Source: Macrostomum lignano (taxonomy: Eukaryota). From it: a stretch of DNA of 64,000 nucleotides. Below are positions 36,678-50,075 of the stretch, in pieces. Numbering within the stretch: the stretch's first letter is position 1; each line of letters begins with the position of its first letter. The stretch lies in the NCBI GenBank assembly GCA_002269645.1, contig NIVC01001980.1, forward strand, positions 147,677-211,676, read 5' to 3'. The notes below the pieces were generated by a model. That model had not been told where the DNA came from. It saw only the letters and a list, made by a program, of their open reading frames with translations, and did not search any database. The position numbers and the translations under genes are program-made.

Positions 36678-39600
36678 CGGATAGGCGGGGACAACGGGAA
36701 CCGCCGGCAGATTGGCCGGGAAATAGGGCGGCTGGCAGTGCGCCACCGTCAGCAACGGAAACTGCGGCAGCAACATCGGGGCGTGCGACATCAGAGGCGA
36801 CGGATTTGGCGGTGGCAGCAAGTGCTGCGGCAGCGGCGGCGGCGGAGGCGGAGGCGGAGGCGGCGGCAATTCGGCAGTGCCACAGAGCTGCACTTCGACA
36901 ATCACTCCGCCTGGTCCCCGGCCGTCCAGTCGCCAGAACTGACTGCCGTCCTTGGCCTCGCAGGCCATCCGGGCTGCCCAGTCTGACGTCATCTCGATGA
37001 CCGCCTCGCCGGTGGGCTGACCCAGATGATTTAACACCTGGTGCACCCCCTGGTTGGATGCATGGTGGTTTAACATAATACAGCTATGGAAGAATTTATT
37101 TTCTGAATAATTGCAACGAATATTTGAGTTTGCCATTCGGAAGTTTCGTTTCTATTTCTATCTGGAAATCATTGACATCGATTTTACACCAACAAATTCT
37201 AAGTTGGCTTTTATGGAATCCATCATAGAAAATCCATCATGGGATTTTCCTCGGGAATCCATCATGGGAAATCCATTATGGGATTTTCCTCGGGGAATTC
37301 ATGGAAATCCATGATTCGATTTTCCTCGGGGAAATCCATGGAAATCCATCATGGGATTTTCCTCGGGGAATCCATGGAAATCCATCATGGGATTTTCCTC
37401 GGGGAATCCATCATGAGAAATCCATGATTTGATTTTCTTTGGGAATTCCATCACGGGATTTTCATTTGGGAATCCATAATGGGAGCATCATGGGATTTTC
37501 CCGGGGAATCCATGGAAATCCATTATGAAATTTTCCTCGAGGAATCCATGGAAATCCATCATGGGGTTTTCTTAGGCGAAGCCATCATAGAAATCCATCA
37601 TGGGATTTTCCTTGGGAATTCAATCATGGGATTTTCCTCGGGGAATCCATCATGGGGCTCTGCTGGGAGAATCCACCTGGAGTGAAGCTGTGACGAAAAA
37701 GGTTCACCTGGTAGGCGATGCCGGCCGCGTGCTGCTCAAGAAAGCCGAGGATGTCGGCAACGGTCGCTTCTGCAGGCATCCCGCCGATGCGTAGCAAATG
37801 CCGCTGGTGCCACAGCTGCTGCAGCTGTTGTTGCTTTTGCTGCTGCTGCTGCTGTTGTTGTTGTTGCTGACTGTGGATTTGCTGCTGTTGCTTTTGATGC
37901 TGATAAACCTGCTGCTGCTGCTGCTGCTGTTGTTGTTGAAAGCCGCCCAGCACCTGGTTGAGCTCAGCCGGGGTTGATTTGAACAATTCCACGTAGCGGC
38001 TGCCGATGTGCTGACGGTGGCCGCGTTCCAGGGCGCGCTCGGCGCGCTCGGAGCTGGCGAACAGAGCAAAGGCGTCGCCGGTGGCGCGTCCGTCGGCGCG
38101 CTGGGCAAAGAGCAGCCCGTCACGGCCGAACTGCACCGGGCAGGACGACTTGTCGAAGAATTCCAGCTGGGCAAAGCAGGGGACGAGTTTTTTGTTTTAG
38201 AGAGAATAATTGTCGTTTTCGCTAGTGCCTACTTGGTAGTAATATAGTGCATAGCTGTAAATGTATTACCAAACTACTTACGAGCTTACATTCTTTCAGA
38301 ACTCTGGTAATGCTTCGGAACCTCATACGAGCGTATATTCCCTTCGGAACACTACGAGGAGCTTCGAAACTTCTTTTTTTTATAACCAACCGGTTCCATT
38401 TCGCACCGATTACCCAGGAAAACCTCTCTGGATATTCTCTCAGTGACACTTTCTCCGCCAATACATCCGTTGAAACACCTCAAAACCCCTTGGAACTCCT
38501 TGGAACCCCTTGGAACCCCTTGAAACCCCTTGAAACCCCTTGGAACACCTTGGAACCCCTTGGAACCCCTTGAAACCCCTTGAAACCCCTTGAAACACTT
38601 TGGAACCCCTTGAAACACTTTGGAACCCCTTGGAACCCCTACCGCCAAAGATCTGTCAAAGCCACCTGAACGTCTGAGGTGTCAGCTGTTCGTGTTACTG
38701 ACCCCTGAATGTACTAAATATTTAGCTAGACAATAATACCAGCTTATATGCTTGAAAAGCAAGTCCCTCTGCACTTGAAGCCATAATATCTGATAAAGCG
38801 ATTCCAGGCTAAAAAAACAGCTAATACTTTCAAGCAACAATTAGATCTCTTTTGCGTTAACGCGAACCAACCGCATTGCACACACACAACCCAGGGCGCA
38901 TGCGTTGGCAGCGGTGGATCGCAGACGAGATCACTGAATGCAGACTGTATAACTACCAGCTAAAACCGCAGCCCAGTCTGTGATAACGCTGAGCGCCTGG
39001 CCGCCTGCCGCTGCTGTGAGAGAAACAAGCTTGATAAAAAAGTCTCCCAGACCAAGCCGCCAAAGGCCTAGCAGCGTGTTAACTCTGCTAGGTCTGCTGA
39101 GATTGCACCCGAAGGGTGCGTTGAATATTTCAAGCTACCGTATACTTGTTGGTAGTTTGTTTTACAAGTTGTGTAGAACTGATATAATTGAGACTGGTGT
39201 CAGGGCTGTTGTCAGGGCTGGTTTCAGGCTAGTGTCAGGGCTGGTGTCAGGGCTGGTGTCAGGGCTAGTGTCAGGGCTGGTGTCAGGGCTGGCAGGAGTG
39301 GTGTCAGGGCTGTTGTCAGGGCTGGTTTCAGGGCTAGTGTCAGGGCTGGTGTCAGGGCTGGTGTCAGGGCTAGTGTCAGGGCTGGTGTCAGGGCTGGCAG
39401 GAGTGGTGTCAGGGCTGTTGTCAGGGCTGGTGTCAGGGCTGGTGTCAGAGCTGGTGTCAGAGCTGGTGTCAGGGCTGGCAGGAGTGGTGTCAGATCTGGT
39501 GTCAGGGCTGGCAAGAGTTGTCGCTCACCACCTGCTCCGCGGTGACCACGTAGGGGAGGCCCCGCATGCGGATGAGCTGCTGCCCGGAGCCGTCAAGCCG

Positions 39601-42600
39601 AGCCAGGAATTCCTCGGCCTCCGCCGTGCAGGCGGCGGCCACGGCCAGGTAGTCGCGCGCGGTGGCCTTGAACACCTCGATGTAGCGCCGGCCCAGGTGG
39701 CGCCGGTGGCGCAGCAGCGCCAAGTCTCGGTGCTCGGCGCATTCGAAACGGACGAGGGCTTCGCCGTTGCGCCGGCCGCCTGTCCGGCTGAGAACGAGGG
39801 CGACGCCGCCCGGACAGACGTTGAGGCCGCTGAAGAAGACGGTGGCCACCTCGATGTCGCCGACCTGCCAGGGGAGGCCGCGCAGCCGCACCACCGTCTC
39901 GGGCTCGACCGGCTCGGATTTGCGGCTGCCGGTTCGGGGGTTGAAATTGCGGGAACTACCGGTAGAGATAGACAAATCCAACCAGACATCACGTTCATGC
40001 TATCAAGGAGATTTAAACACAGTATCTGGATAGGAAAGATAAGACAATCTGTATATAGGGCTTAATATTAATCAAAGACTCAAAGCTTTAGGCATCTGAG
40101 TCCATTTTTGTCCCGCATACAGTATATACATGCTGCACTAGTGGGCTCATATTTAAGTGAGCTGACTTTAGTAAGCATTTTTAATTTGATCGAAACGTAA
40201 AATCTAATTAATTCCTTTTTTAAACGAACAATGCGATATTAACTTAGATTTTAAATATCGATAATAGTAACAATAATAATTTATTATACCTGCCTCAATT
40301 GGGTCAGATGTGCAACCGACAGCTCAGCCGCAGCTATTGCGCGGCGCATCTGAAGGCTGCGTACGGCTGTTCAGTCCAAGGACTGGGGGGTCGCCACACA
40401 CACCCTCAATTACCCCAGCTAATGCTGGCACCCATTTTACAGCTGTGTGAACTGAAGCAATGCAGAGTTAAGTGTCTTGCATAAAAGACACAAATTGTTC
40501 CAGTGGGATCGGGAATCGAATCCCCGACCTTCAAGTCGCGAGACAGACGCTCTAACCCCCACTAGGCTACAACCCCCATACATGTAATATCGATACGGCT
40601 CTGAGTGGTTTTAGAAATAATCTTTTGTTATTTCAGTAGCTAAGACGAAACCGATGTACATCCACAACGTTAGGGTTGGTTTAGGGTTAGAGTTAGGGTT
40701 AGGGTATGGTTAGGGTACTTGGGTACAACTGAACTCACATCAACGCCGGGCGGTACTCCTTTGATATCGATTCCGGCTCCAGAAACTTGTGCCCTAAAAG
40801 CGGAATGAAGTATAGATAAGAACAGCTGTGCCTGCGTTGCTTGAAGCCGGCCTTGACATTGAATATGCTGCCTCCAGTTATCACTATCCGGCAGACGGGA
40901 ACTCACCGTCTTCAAGCAGGCAGCCAATGATGCGAGACATGGCCAGGCACATGCTAGCGCTGAAGCCCGTGTCCTGAGTCCTGGCTGCTGCCGCTGCGGC
41001 TGCCGCTGCGACAGGCTCCCCGGCCTGCTGAAGTTGCTGCTGCAGCCCCAGCTCTGCGAGTGTGCAGGGCGTTTTGTTAGGTGAGACCAACAAACAAACT
41101 TGTCTAAGAATAGCACAAGTCAAACACTTGGACAGATACAAGACAAACAGACAGGCAGACAGACACAAGATGGACAGACACAAGATGGACAGACACAAGA
41201 TGGACGGACACAAGATGGACGGACACAAGATGGACGGACACAAGATGGACGGACACAAGATGGACAGACACAAGATGGACAGACACAAGATGGACAGACA
41301 CAAGATGGACAGACACAAGATGGACAGACACAAGATGGACAGACACAAGATGGACAGACACAAGATGGACAGACACAAGATGGACAGACACAAGATGGAC
41401 AGACACAAGATGGACAGACACAAGATGGACAGACACAAGATGGACAGACACAAGATGGACAGACACAAGATGGACAGACACAAGATGGACAGACACAAGA
41501 TGGACGGACACAAGATGGACAGACACAAGATGGACAGACACAAGATGGACGGACACAAGATGGACGGACACAAGATGGACAGACACAAGATGGACAGACA
41601 CAAGATGGACAGACACAAGATGGACAGACACAAGATGGACAGACACAAGATGGACAGACACAAGATGGACAGACACAAGATGGACAGACACGAGACAGAA
41701 AGACACGAAGACAGCTGGCAGGACAGACCAGCCATCATTTCCTCCAGCGAAGTGGCGGGCTGTCGGCTACGGCGCGCCCTGCAGAACTCCTTGCGCAGGT
41801 CGTGGAAGGCGTAGCAGTAGCTGGGCAGGCGGATACCCTTGGCGGCGGCCTCCGGGTGCAGCAGGAGGCGCAGTGGCGCCTGTCCGTCAGTGATCAGACG
41901 GAGGTCGCGACCGTCAGCGCTGGGATGGACGCCCGCGTTTAGCAAGGCCCGGTCCATCTGTTAAAAGATTGAAGACCGGCTCAGAGATAAAGCTCTAGGG
42001 ACTCGCATCCAGGGTTCTGGGGACTCGCATCCAGGGTTCTGGGGACTCGCATCCAGGGTTCTGGGGACTCGCATCCAGGGTTCTGGGGACTTGCATCCAG
42101 GGTTCTGGGGACTTGCATCCAGGGTTCTGGGACTCGCATCCAGGGTTCTGGGGACTCGCATCCAGGGTTCTAGGGACTCGCATCCAGGGTTCTGGGGACT
42201 TGCATCCAGGGTTCTGGGGACTCGCATCCAGGGTTCTGGGGACTCGCATCCAGGGTTCTGGGGACTCGCATCCAGGGTTCTGGGGACTCGCATCCAGGGT
42301 TCTAGGGACTCGCATCCAGGGTTCTGGGGACTTGCATCCAGGGTTCTGGGGACTCGCATCCAGGGTTCTGGGGACTCGCATCCAGGGTTCTGGGGACTCG
42401 CATCCAGGGTTTTAGGAACTCGCATCCAGGGTTCTGGGGACTCGCATCCAGGGTTCTGGGGACTCGCATCCAGGGTTCTGGGGACTCGCATCCAGGGTTC
42501 TGGGGACTCGCATCCAGGGTTTGGGGACTCGCATCCAGGGTTCTGGGGATTCGCATCCATAGAGGCAGGGCCAGAATGGAAGGATCGAACAGCACTCAGG

Positions 42601-44003
42601 GATAATCCACTATCGCACCTCGTCTAGACAGTCGGCCAGAAGCGCGGCCGCATCCAGCGACTCCTCGGTGACGCCAGTCACCGCCGTGCAGTCCGCCGAC
42701 ACCGGTGCCCGGCCGTCTTCGCGTGTCTCGACCGCTTCCTCGGAAGAATCTGAGGAGACGGCAGGTCCCGGCGGCAGAAGCGGCTTCACCGGATGTTGGG
42801 CCAGCGTCATCACCTGGAGACTCGTAAGTTTCCGGAGGGGAACTATTAGTCACAATTTCTCACTGTGGGTGCATCATGAACAATTGAACAAGTACAAAGC
42901 TTTTCTGAAGACAAGGTTTCTTCGAAAAGTACATAAGCTAAATCCGAACAGTTTCTAAACAAACACTGGAAGAGACAACAAGACAGACAACAAGACAAAG
43001 CAACAAGACAGACAACGCAAACAACAAGACAGACAACAGGACAGACAACAAGACAGACAAGACAGACAAAAGACAGACAACAAGACAGACAAGACAGACA
43101 AAAAGACAGACAACAGGACAGACAACAAGACAGACAAGACAGACAAAAAGACAGACAACAAGACAGACAAGACAGACAAAAGACAGACAACAAGACAGAC
43201 AAGACAGACAAAAAGACAGACAACAGGACAGACAACAAGACAGACAAGACAGACAACAGGACAGACAACAAGACAGACAAGACAGACAAAAAGACAGACA
43301 ACAAGACAGACAAGACAGACAAAAAGACAGACAACAAGACAGACAGACAGACAAAAAGACAGACAACAAGACAGACAAAAAGACAGACAACAAGACAGAC
43401 AAAAAGACAGACAACAAGACAGACAAAAAGACAGACAACAAGACAGACAAAAAGACAGACAACAAGACAGACAACAAGACAGACAAGACAGACAAAAAGA
43501 CAGACAACAAGACAGACAGACAGACAAAAAGACAGACAACAAGACAGACAAAAAGACAGACAACAAGACAGACAAAAAGACAGACAACAAGACAGACAAC
43601 AAGACAGACAAGACAGACAAAAAGACAGACAACAAAACAGACAATGTAGCGCCTCTCTAATAAACTCTAATGCCATCTTCACCTTCTTCTGCTGCACATT
43701 GTACACCAGATAAGCCAGCTGACAGATCGGCGACAGCTCCTCAGCCAGCTCCGAGTCGGGGGCGGCTGGGCCGCAGATGACGGCGTGAAAAAGCAGCAGA
43801 TACTCCGGCTGTTTCGGCATGTTGTCGTCTGGAGCAGCAGTTCTGAGCTTCAGCGACTGGCGGAGATTTACAACTGAGGCGCCTGCGGCAGCGGCGGCTG
43901 AGGAGCTTTTAAGCTCCTCCTCCTCCTCCTCACAGCCTGAGCAGGGCCCGCCGCAGGCGAAGGCCAAAGTCTTCACCGATTGGTCGGCACCACAGCTGCG
44001 CAT
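36678..44003 (-). CDS. ESRP: Epithelial splicing regulatory protein (ESRP1/2, fusilli): N-terminal DnaQ-like domain plus 3 RRMs
   Basis: Exons 44003-43683, 42813-42619, 41957-41729, 41053-40907, ~39955-39529, 38166-37708 and 37049-36678, all with GT-AG boundaries. Motifs: ITDGQAPLRLLLHPEAAAKGIRLPSYCYAFHDLRKEF; VVRLRGLPWQ...GRRNGEALVRF...HRRHLGRRYIEVFKA; IRMRGLPY...DGRATGDAFALF...IGSRYVELFKST; GVHQVLNHLGQPTGEAVIEM. One phase mismatch at 40907/39955. A likely terminal exon near 35250-35445 is unresolved. Confidence 0.9.
37205..37660. repeat. Degenerate intronic repeat (GGGATTTTCCTCGGGGAATCCATCAT-like)
   Basis: Visible periodic motif in an ESRP intron. Confidence 0.85.
38478..38640. repeat. 10-bp tandem repeat (TTGGAACCCC/TTGAAACCCC)n
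   Basis: Visible in an ESRP intron. Confidence 0.88.
39195..39510. repeat. 12-bp tandem repeat (GTGTCAGGGCTG)n
   Basis: Visible next to the ESRP donor at 39528. Confidence 0.9.
40255..40576 (-). mobile_element. tRNA-derived SINE with a CORE-like central domain
   Basis: Minus strand: head TAGCCTAGTGG...GATTCGATTCC, then GCAAGACACTTAACTCTGCATTGCTTCAGTTCACACAGCTGTAAAATGGG (resembling the MIR/CORE consensus), then an AT-rich (TAT)n-like tail. Confidence 0.6.
41150..41700. repeat. 15-bp tandem repeat (GACAGACACAAGATG)n
   Basis: About 36 copies in an ESRP intron. Confidence 0.95.
41998..42560. repeat. 22-bp tandem repeat (GGGACTCGCATCCAGGGTTCTG)n
   Basis: About 25 copies in an ESRP intron. Confidence 0.95.
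42975..43645. repeat. Degenerate (AGACAGACAA)-type microsatellite
   Basis: Visible in ESRP intron 1. Confidence 0.92.
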
Positions 44004-44204
44004 GACTTGACTTTGTAGTGGGTATGGGGGTGGTGTCTGGAATCCTTTTACATTCTATTGCTATCTACTATCATGAAGTAGTGCGGCCTGGAATCGATGA
44101 GAATTATTCTCATGTAAAAGCCGGTTAATTTTTTTATTTGCGAACTTTTAAAAAGCCTTGACGGGCAACCTGTTCAGGTAGTCGCTGATTGAAATAGGAG
44201 GATT

Positions 44205-45000
44205 GAAGAGAGGAGAGGGGAGAGATGAGAGGTGAGAGGGTAGAGATGAGATAGTAGAGGGGAGAGACGAGAGGTGAGAGGGGAGAGATGAGAGAGGAGA
44301 GGGTAGAGATGAGGGAGGAGAGGGTAGAGATGAGAGAGGAGAGGGGAGAGATGAGAGAGGAGAGGGGTTAGACGAGAGGGGAGAGGGTAGAGACGAGATA
44401 GTAGAGGGGAGAGATGAGAGAGGAGAGGGTAGAGATGAGAGAGGAGAGGGTAGAGACGAGATAGTAGAGGGGAGAGATGAGAGAGGAGAGGGTAGAGATG
44501 AGAGAGGAGAGGGTAGAGACGAGATAGTAGAGGGTAGAGATGAGAGAGGAGAGGGTAGAGACGAGATAGTAGAGGGGAGAGATGAGAGAGGAGAGGGTAG
44601 AGACGAGATAGTAGAGGGGAGAGATGAGAGAGGAGAGGGTTAGACGAGAGGGAGAGGGTAGAGACGAGATAGTAGAGGGGAGAGATGAGAGAGGAGAGGG
44701 TAGAGATGAGAGAGGAGAGGGTAGAGACGAGATAGTAGAGGGAGAGATGAGAGAGGAGAGGGTAGAGATGAGAGAGGAGAGGGTAGAGACGAGATAGTAG
44801 AGGGGAGAGATGAGAGAGGAGAGGGGAGAGATGAGAGAGGAGAGGGGTTAGACGAGAGGGAGAGGGTAGAGACGAGATAGTAGAGGGGAGAGATGAGAGA
44901 GGAGAAGGTAGAGATGAGAGAGGAGAAGGGAGAGGATATGAAAGAGAGAGGAGAGATGAGAGGAGAGGAAAGGAAAGGAGACGAGGGGATAGGAGAGAAG
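44205..45000. repeat. AG-rich low-complexity tandem repeat
   Basis: Visible upstream of the ESRP start. Confidence 0.92.
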
Positions 45001-45825
45001 AGAGCTTAAGCGCACCGCATTGCTATTGTGAAGTCTCAAAGGACCCGAGAGCCGGAAAGAGAGGCTACGCGGGCCGCCGCATGTGGCCTATGGCCGGACC
45101 TTTCCTACCCCTGGACTACGGTAAACAGTATTCATGCCTTATGACAGGTTACAGTAATTGCTCAACAGGCACAAATTTGCATTAACTTGGACAGTGAATC
45201 AGTGAAAACTCTTACTCAGTTCCCGGACAAAATCGCGGGTTCGATCTACCAATCGAGCATCGGTGCTGCCGAATGCTGTAGAGTAATTATTTAATAAACT
45301 AACTCAATCTTGCTTTGCAATGGGTATTGCTACGCTCCTGAAATTGAAATGAGAGGTAGCAACAGGCTGTTATAAAGCTTAAATTCTTGTGAGTTAATGC
45401 TCAGCTCTGCTCGAGGAGGTCAAAACCCCATAATTAGCCGCTCTGTTTATCGGCAGTTGAATAATTGCTCCGGCTGCAGCTGCCCTTAAGCTTCACACCT
45501 GCCGCACAAAACAACCGCTCTGACCCAGCTGCTCCCAGAGAAGGGGGGGGGGGCATTTTGTAATTCATCTGGCCAAATTGAGCTCTGCATTTCTCACTTT
45601 TTTCCGTCACCTCTTTTGAAGCCTCTGGCTATTCGCATTCTCGTTCGTGTTAAGCAGAGCCGTTGAGCTTGCAGTCTATACGGGAGAGCGTCAAAATGCT
45701 TTTGTTTGTGGAATCGAATCCGCCAAAATGGGCGGTCTTTTCTATTCAGAGAATTAATTTTCCAACAGTATTAAGCTTAATAAGCACGCAGCATGCAGTA
45801 CACTGTATTTGAGAATTATGACCCC

Positions 45826-48540
45826 TACTCAACTAAAATGGCGCTTACTCAACTAAAATGGTGCCTACTCAACTGAAATGGCGCCTACTCAAATGAAATG
45901 GCGCCTAGTCAAATTAAATAGCACCTAGTCAAATGAAGTGGCGCCTACTCAACTAAATGGCACCTACTCAACTAAAATGGTGCCTACTCAACTAAAATGG
46001 CGCTTACTCAACTAAAATGGTGCCTACTCAACTAAAATGGTGCCTACTCAACTGAAATGGCGCCTACTCAAATTAAATAGCACCTAGTCAAATGAAGTGG
46101 CGCCTACTCAACTAAATGGCACCTACTCAACTAAAATGGTGCCTACTCTACTAAAATGGCGCTTACTTAACTAAAATGGTGCCTACTCAACTGAAATGGC
46201 GCCTACTCAAATTAAATAGCACCTAGTCAACTGAAATGGCGCCTACTCAACTGAAGTGACGCCTACTCAAATGAAATGGTGCCTACTCAACTGAAGTGGC
46301 GCCTACTCAAATGAAATGGTGCTTACTTAACTAAAATGGTGCCTACTCAACTGAAATGGCGCCTACTCAACTGAAATGGCGCCTACTCAACTAAAATGGC
46401 GCTTACTTAACTAAAATGGTGCCTACTCAACTAAAATGGCGCCTACTCAAATGAAGTGGCGCCTACTCAACTGAAATGGCACCTACTCAACTGAAGTGGC
46501 GCCTACTCAACTGAAATGGCGCCTACTCAACTGAAATGGCGCCTACTCAACTGAAATGGCGCCTACTCAATTGAAGTGGCGCCTACTCAACTGAAATGGC
46601 GACTACTCAACGGAAGTGGCGCCTACTCAAATGAAATGGTGCCTACTCAACTGAAATGGCGCCTACTCAACTGAAATGGTGCCTACTCAACTGAAATGGC
46701 GCCTACTCAACTGAAATGGCGCCTACTCAAATGAAATGGTGCCTACTCAACTGAAATGGCGCCTACTCAACTGAAATGGTGCCTACTCAAATTAAATGGC
46801 GCCTACTCAAATGAAATTGCGCCTACTCAACTGAAATTGCGCCTACTCAACTGCAATCGCGCCTACTCAAATGAAATGGCCCCCAATCAAATGAAATGGC
46901 GCCTACTCAACTGAAATGGCGCCTACTCAACTGAAGTGGCGCCTACTCAAATTAAATGGCGCCTACTCAACTGAAATGGCGCCTAATCAACTGAAATGGC
47001 GCCTACTCAACTGAAATGGCGCCTACTCAACTGAAGTGGCGCCTACTCAACTGAAATGGCGCCTACTCAACTGAAATGGCGCCTACTCAACTGAAATGGC
47101 GCCTACTCAACTGAAGTGGCGCCTACTCAAATTAAATGGCGCCTACTCAACTGAAGTGGCGCCTACTCAACTGAAGTGGCGCCTACTCAAATGAAGTGGC
47201 GCCTACTCAACTGAAATGGCGCCTACTCAACTGAAATGGCGCCTACTCAACTGAAATGGCGCCTACTCAACTGAAATGGCGCCTACACAACTGAAGTGGC
47301 GCCTACTCAACTGAAATGGCGCCTACTCAACTGAAGTGGCGTCTACTCAACTGAAATGGCGCCTACTCAACTGAAATGGCGCCTACTCAACTGAAATGGT
47401 GCCTAGTCAAATGAAGTGGCGCCTACTCAAATTAAATGGCGACTACTCAACTGAAATGGTGCCTACTCAAATGAAGTGGCGCCTACTCAACTGAAATGGC
47501 GCCTACTCAACTGAAATGGTGCCTAGTCAAATGAAGTGGCGCCTACTCAAATTAAATGGCGACTACTCAACTGAAATGGTGCCTACTCAAATGAAGTGGC
47601 GCCTACTCAACTGAAATGGCGCCTACTCAACTGAAATGGCGCCTACTCAACTGAAATGGCGCCTACTCAACTGAAGTGGCGCCTACTCAACTGAAATGGC
47701 GCCTACTCAACTGAAATGGCGCCTACTCAACTGAAATGGCGTTTACTCAACTGAAGTGGCGCCTACTCAACTGAAATGGCGCCTACTCAACTGAAGTGGC
47801 GCCTACTCAACTGAAATGGCGCCTACTCAAATTAAATGGCGCCTACTCAACTGAAATGGCGCCTACTCAATTGAAGTGGCGCCTACTCAACTGAAATGGC
47901 GTTTACTCAACTGAAGTGGCGCCTACTCAACTGAAATGGCGCCTACTCAACTGAAATGGCGCCTACTCAACTGAAGTGGCGCCTACTCAACTGAAATGGC
48001 GCCTACTCAAATTAAATGGCGCCTACTCAACTGAAATGGCGCCTACTCAACTGAAATGGCGCCTACTCAACTGAAATGGCGCCTACTCAACTGAAATGGC
48101 GCCTACTCAACTGAAATGGCGCCTACTCAACTGAAGTGGCGCCTACTCAAATTAAATGGCGCCTACTCAACTGAAATGGCGCCTAATCAACTGAAATGGC
48201 GCCTACTCAACTGAAATGGCGCCTACTCAACTGAAGTGGCGCCTACTCAACTGAAATGGCGCCTACTCAACTGAAATGGCGCCTACTCAACTGAAATGGC
48301 GCCTACTCAACTGAAATGGCGCCTACTCAACTGCAATCGCGCCTACTCAACTGAAGTGGCGCCTACTCAACTGAAATGGCGCCTACTCAACTGAAGTGGC
48401 ACCTACTCAACTAAAATGGCGCCTACTCAACTGAAATGGCGCCTACTCAACTGAAATGGCGCCTACTCAACTGAAGTGGCACCTACTCAACTGAAATGGC
48501 GCCTACTCAACTGAAATGGCGCCTAATCAAATGAAGCGAC
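45826..48540. repeat. 20-bp minisatellite (ATGGCGCCTACTCAACTGAA)n, ~135 copies
   Basis: Directly visible, with more diverged units at the left end. Confidence 0.97.
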
Positions 48541-49847
48541 GCCTGCAAATCAGAGCTATAAGCCCCTCATGTTAGGACGAAACTCTTTTTACCTTCGCTT
48601 GTTTATTGAATCGCAATGCTCAACTTCTATGCCACGTGACTCCGTGAGTTAAAGGTGGATGTTTAGTTGTTGCTAACTTTTCCTATCAAGGCAATGCACT
48701 GCATTCATTTACAAAAAAGCATAAAATGCACACATGAAGCGTTTTGCTTGTCAGAAAAAAATCAGACACAACGTCTCGCATGCAATTTTTGTGTGCACAC
48801 TCATTGAGTCCAGTGCCCCGCGGTCGCTGTGTGCCGATCCTCTTCATCATAAAAGTTAGCAAATTTGTAAGAACGATGAATGGATATAGTGAAACAAGTT
48901 GAGAAAGAAACGAGATGTTGACAAGATGAATAAGTTTAGGGTTGACTGGGACAGTCTCCCACAGTCCACGTGTCGGCTTATGAGCGCGTGAGTGTGTGTG
49001 TGTGTTTTAAACAAACTTTCTAATATTTGTCCCGGTGCCCTCGCAGACATCATTTCCGCTTGCCCAACGCTGCAAACGTAGCACTGGGTGAAGAGCGCAC
49101 ACTTGCATTAAGCACACGTGTAGCTATTCTATAGTAAGAGGACGTAGTGACAGTTCGAGATTATGCAAATTTAATTGAACTCTTCAGCATACGCCAAATA
49201 GATTTGAAGTTTTCTGCGTCTGAACTTCAATGTATATGAAGTTGGTGTATCGATCTGCAAGTCTGAACAATATTTTTTAATAAATCAATGTTTATCAATT
49301 GTAAGTTTTTAACAATTTATAAGAATTTAAATTTTTAAACAATTGTTTTAACAATTACAGAGTTTCTAAGTTTTCAATGAGTTTGAAATTTTTTAACAAT
49401 TGTCGTTGATTTACTATAAACTAACACAATCGTTTAATTTTTACTTTCCTGGTTCGAATTTTTGAAAATCGTTTTTTTCCTTTTTCTACTAGGGTTCAGA
49501 CGGTTCTGCTTATCTTGTCAATATTACTGAGTTTTTTCCGGAATGAAAAATAGCAAAAGAGACCAATGTACTTGTGGTAGTTTTCACAGCCAAATTTAAC
49601 TTTCATCTCGATTTTTTTAAAGTAACGCGAATGTTGAACCAACTAAAGTTAAAAATTGTCAAGCAAATGTATTAAAAGGTATAAGAATACGTAGAAAGCA
49701 TATGACACCTGTAATTTGCTTTTTAGTTTGCTGCTTATGAAAGCAATTTGGAAAGTTGGGGTTTCAAATAAATCTTCATAATTTTGATGTACTACATGTG
49801 TATCATCTGAGTATTAGCTTGTGGGCCTTGGTTACAGCACTGATATA

Positions 49848-50075
49848 TAGCCTACTGACAGTAGGACATTGCGCAACTCAATAGCAGCGGAAAGTTTCGG
49901 TTTGTTTAACAGATCGGTTCTAGGCCCAAACTAGCCTACTGATAGTAGGACATTGCGCAACTCAATAGCAGCGGAAAGTTTCGGTTTGTTTAACAGATCG
50001 GTTCTAGGCCCAAACTAGCCTACTGATAGTAGGACATTGCGCAACTCAATAGCAGCGGAAAGTTTTGGTTTGTTT
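49848..50075. repeat. 84-bp tandem duplication, ~2.7 copies
   Basis: TAGCCTACTGA... recurs at 49848, 49932 and 50016. Confidence 0.9.

Noticed and set aside
35592-43644. Periodic ORFs (LQFVCFNL, MDRHK, TQDGQ, SPEPWMRV, CLSCC, LVSG)
   Set aside because: They are frames through intronic tandem repeats of ESRP. Only the unique flanking portions are exons.
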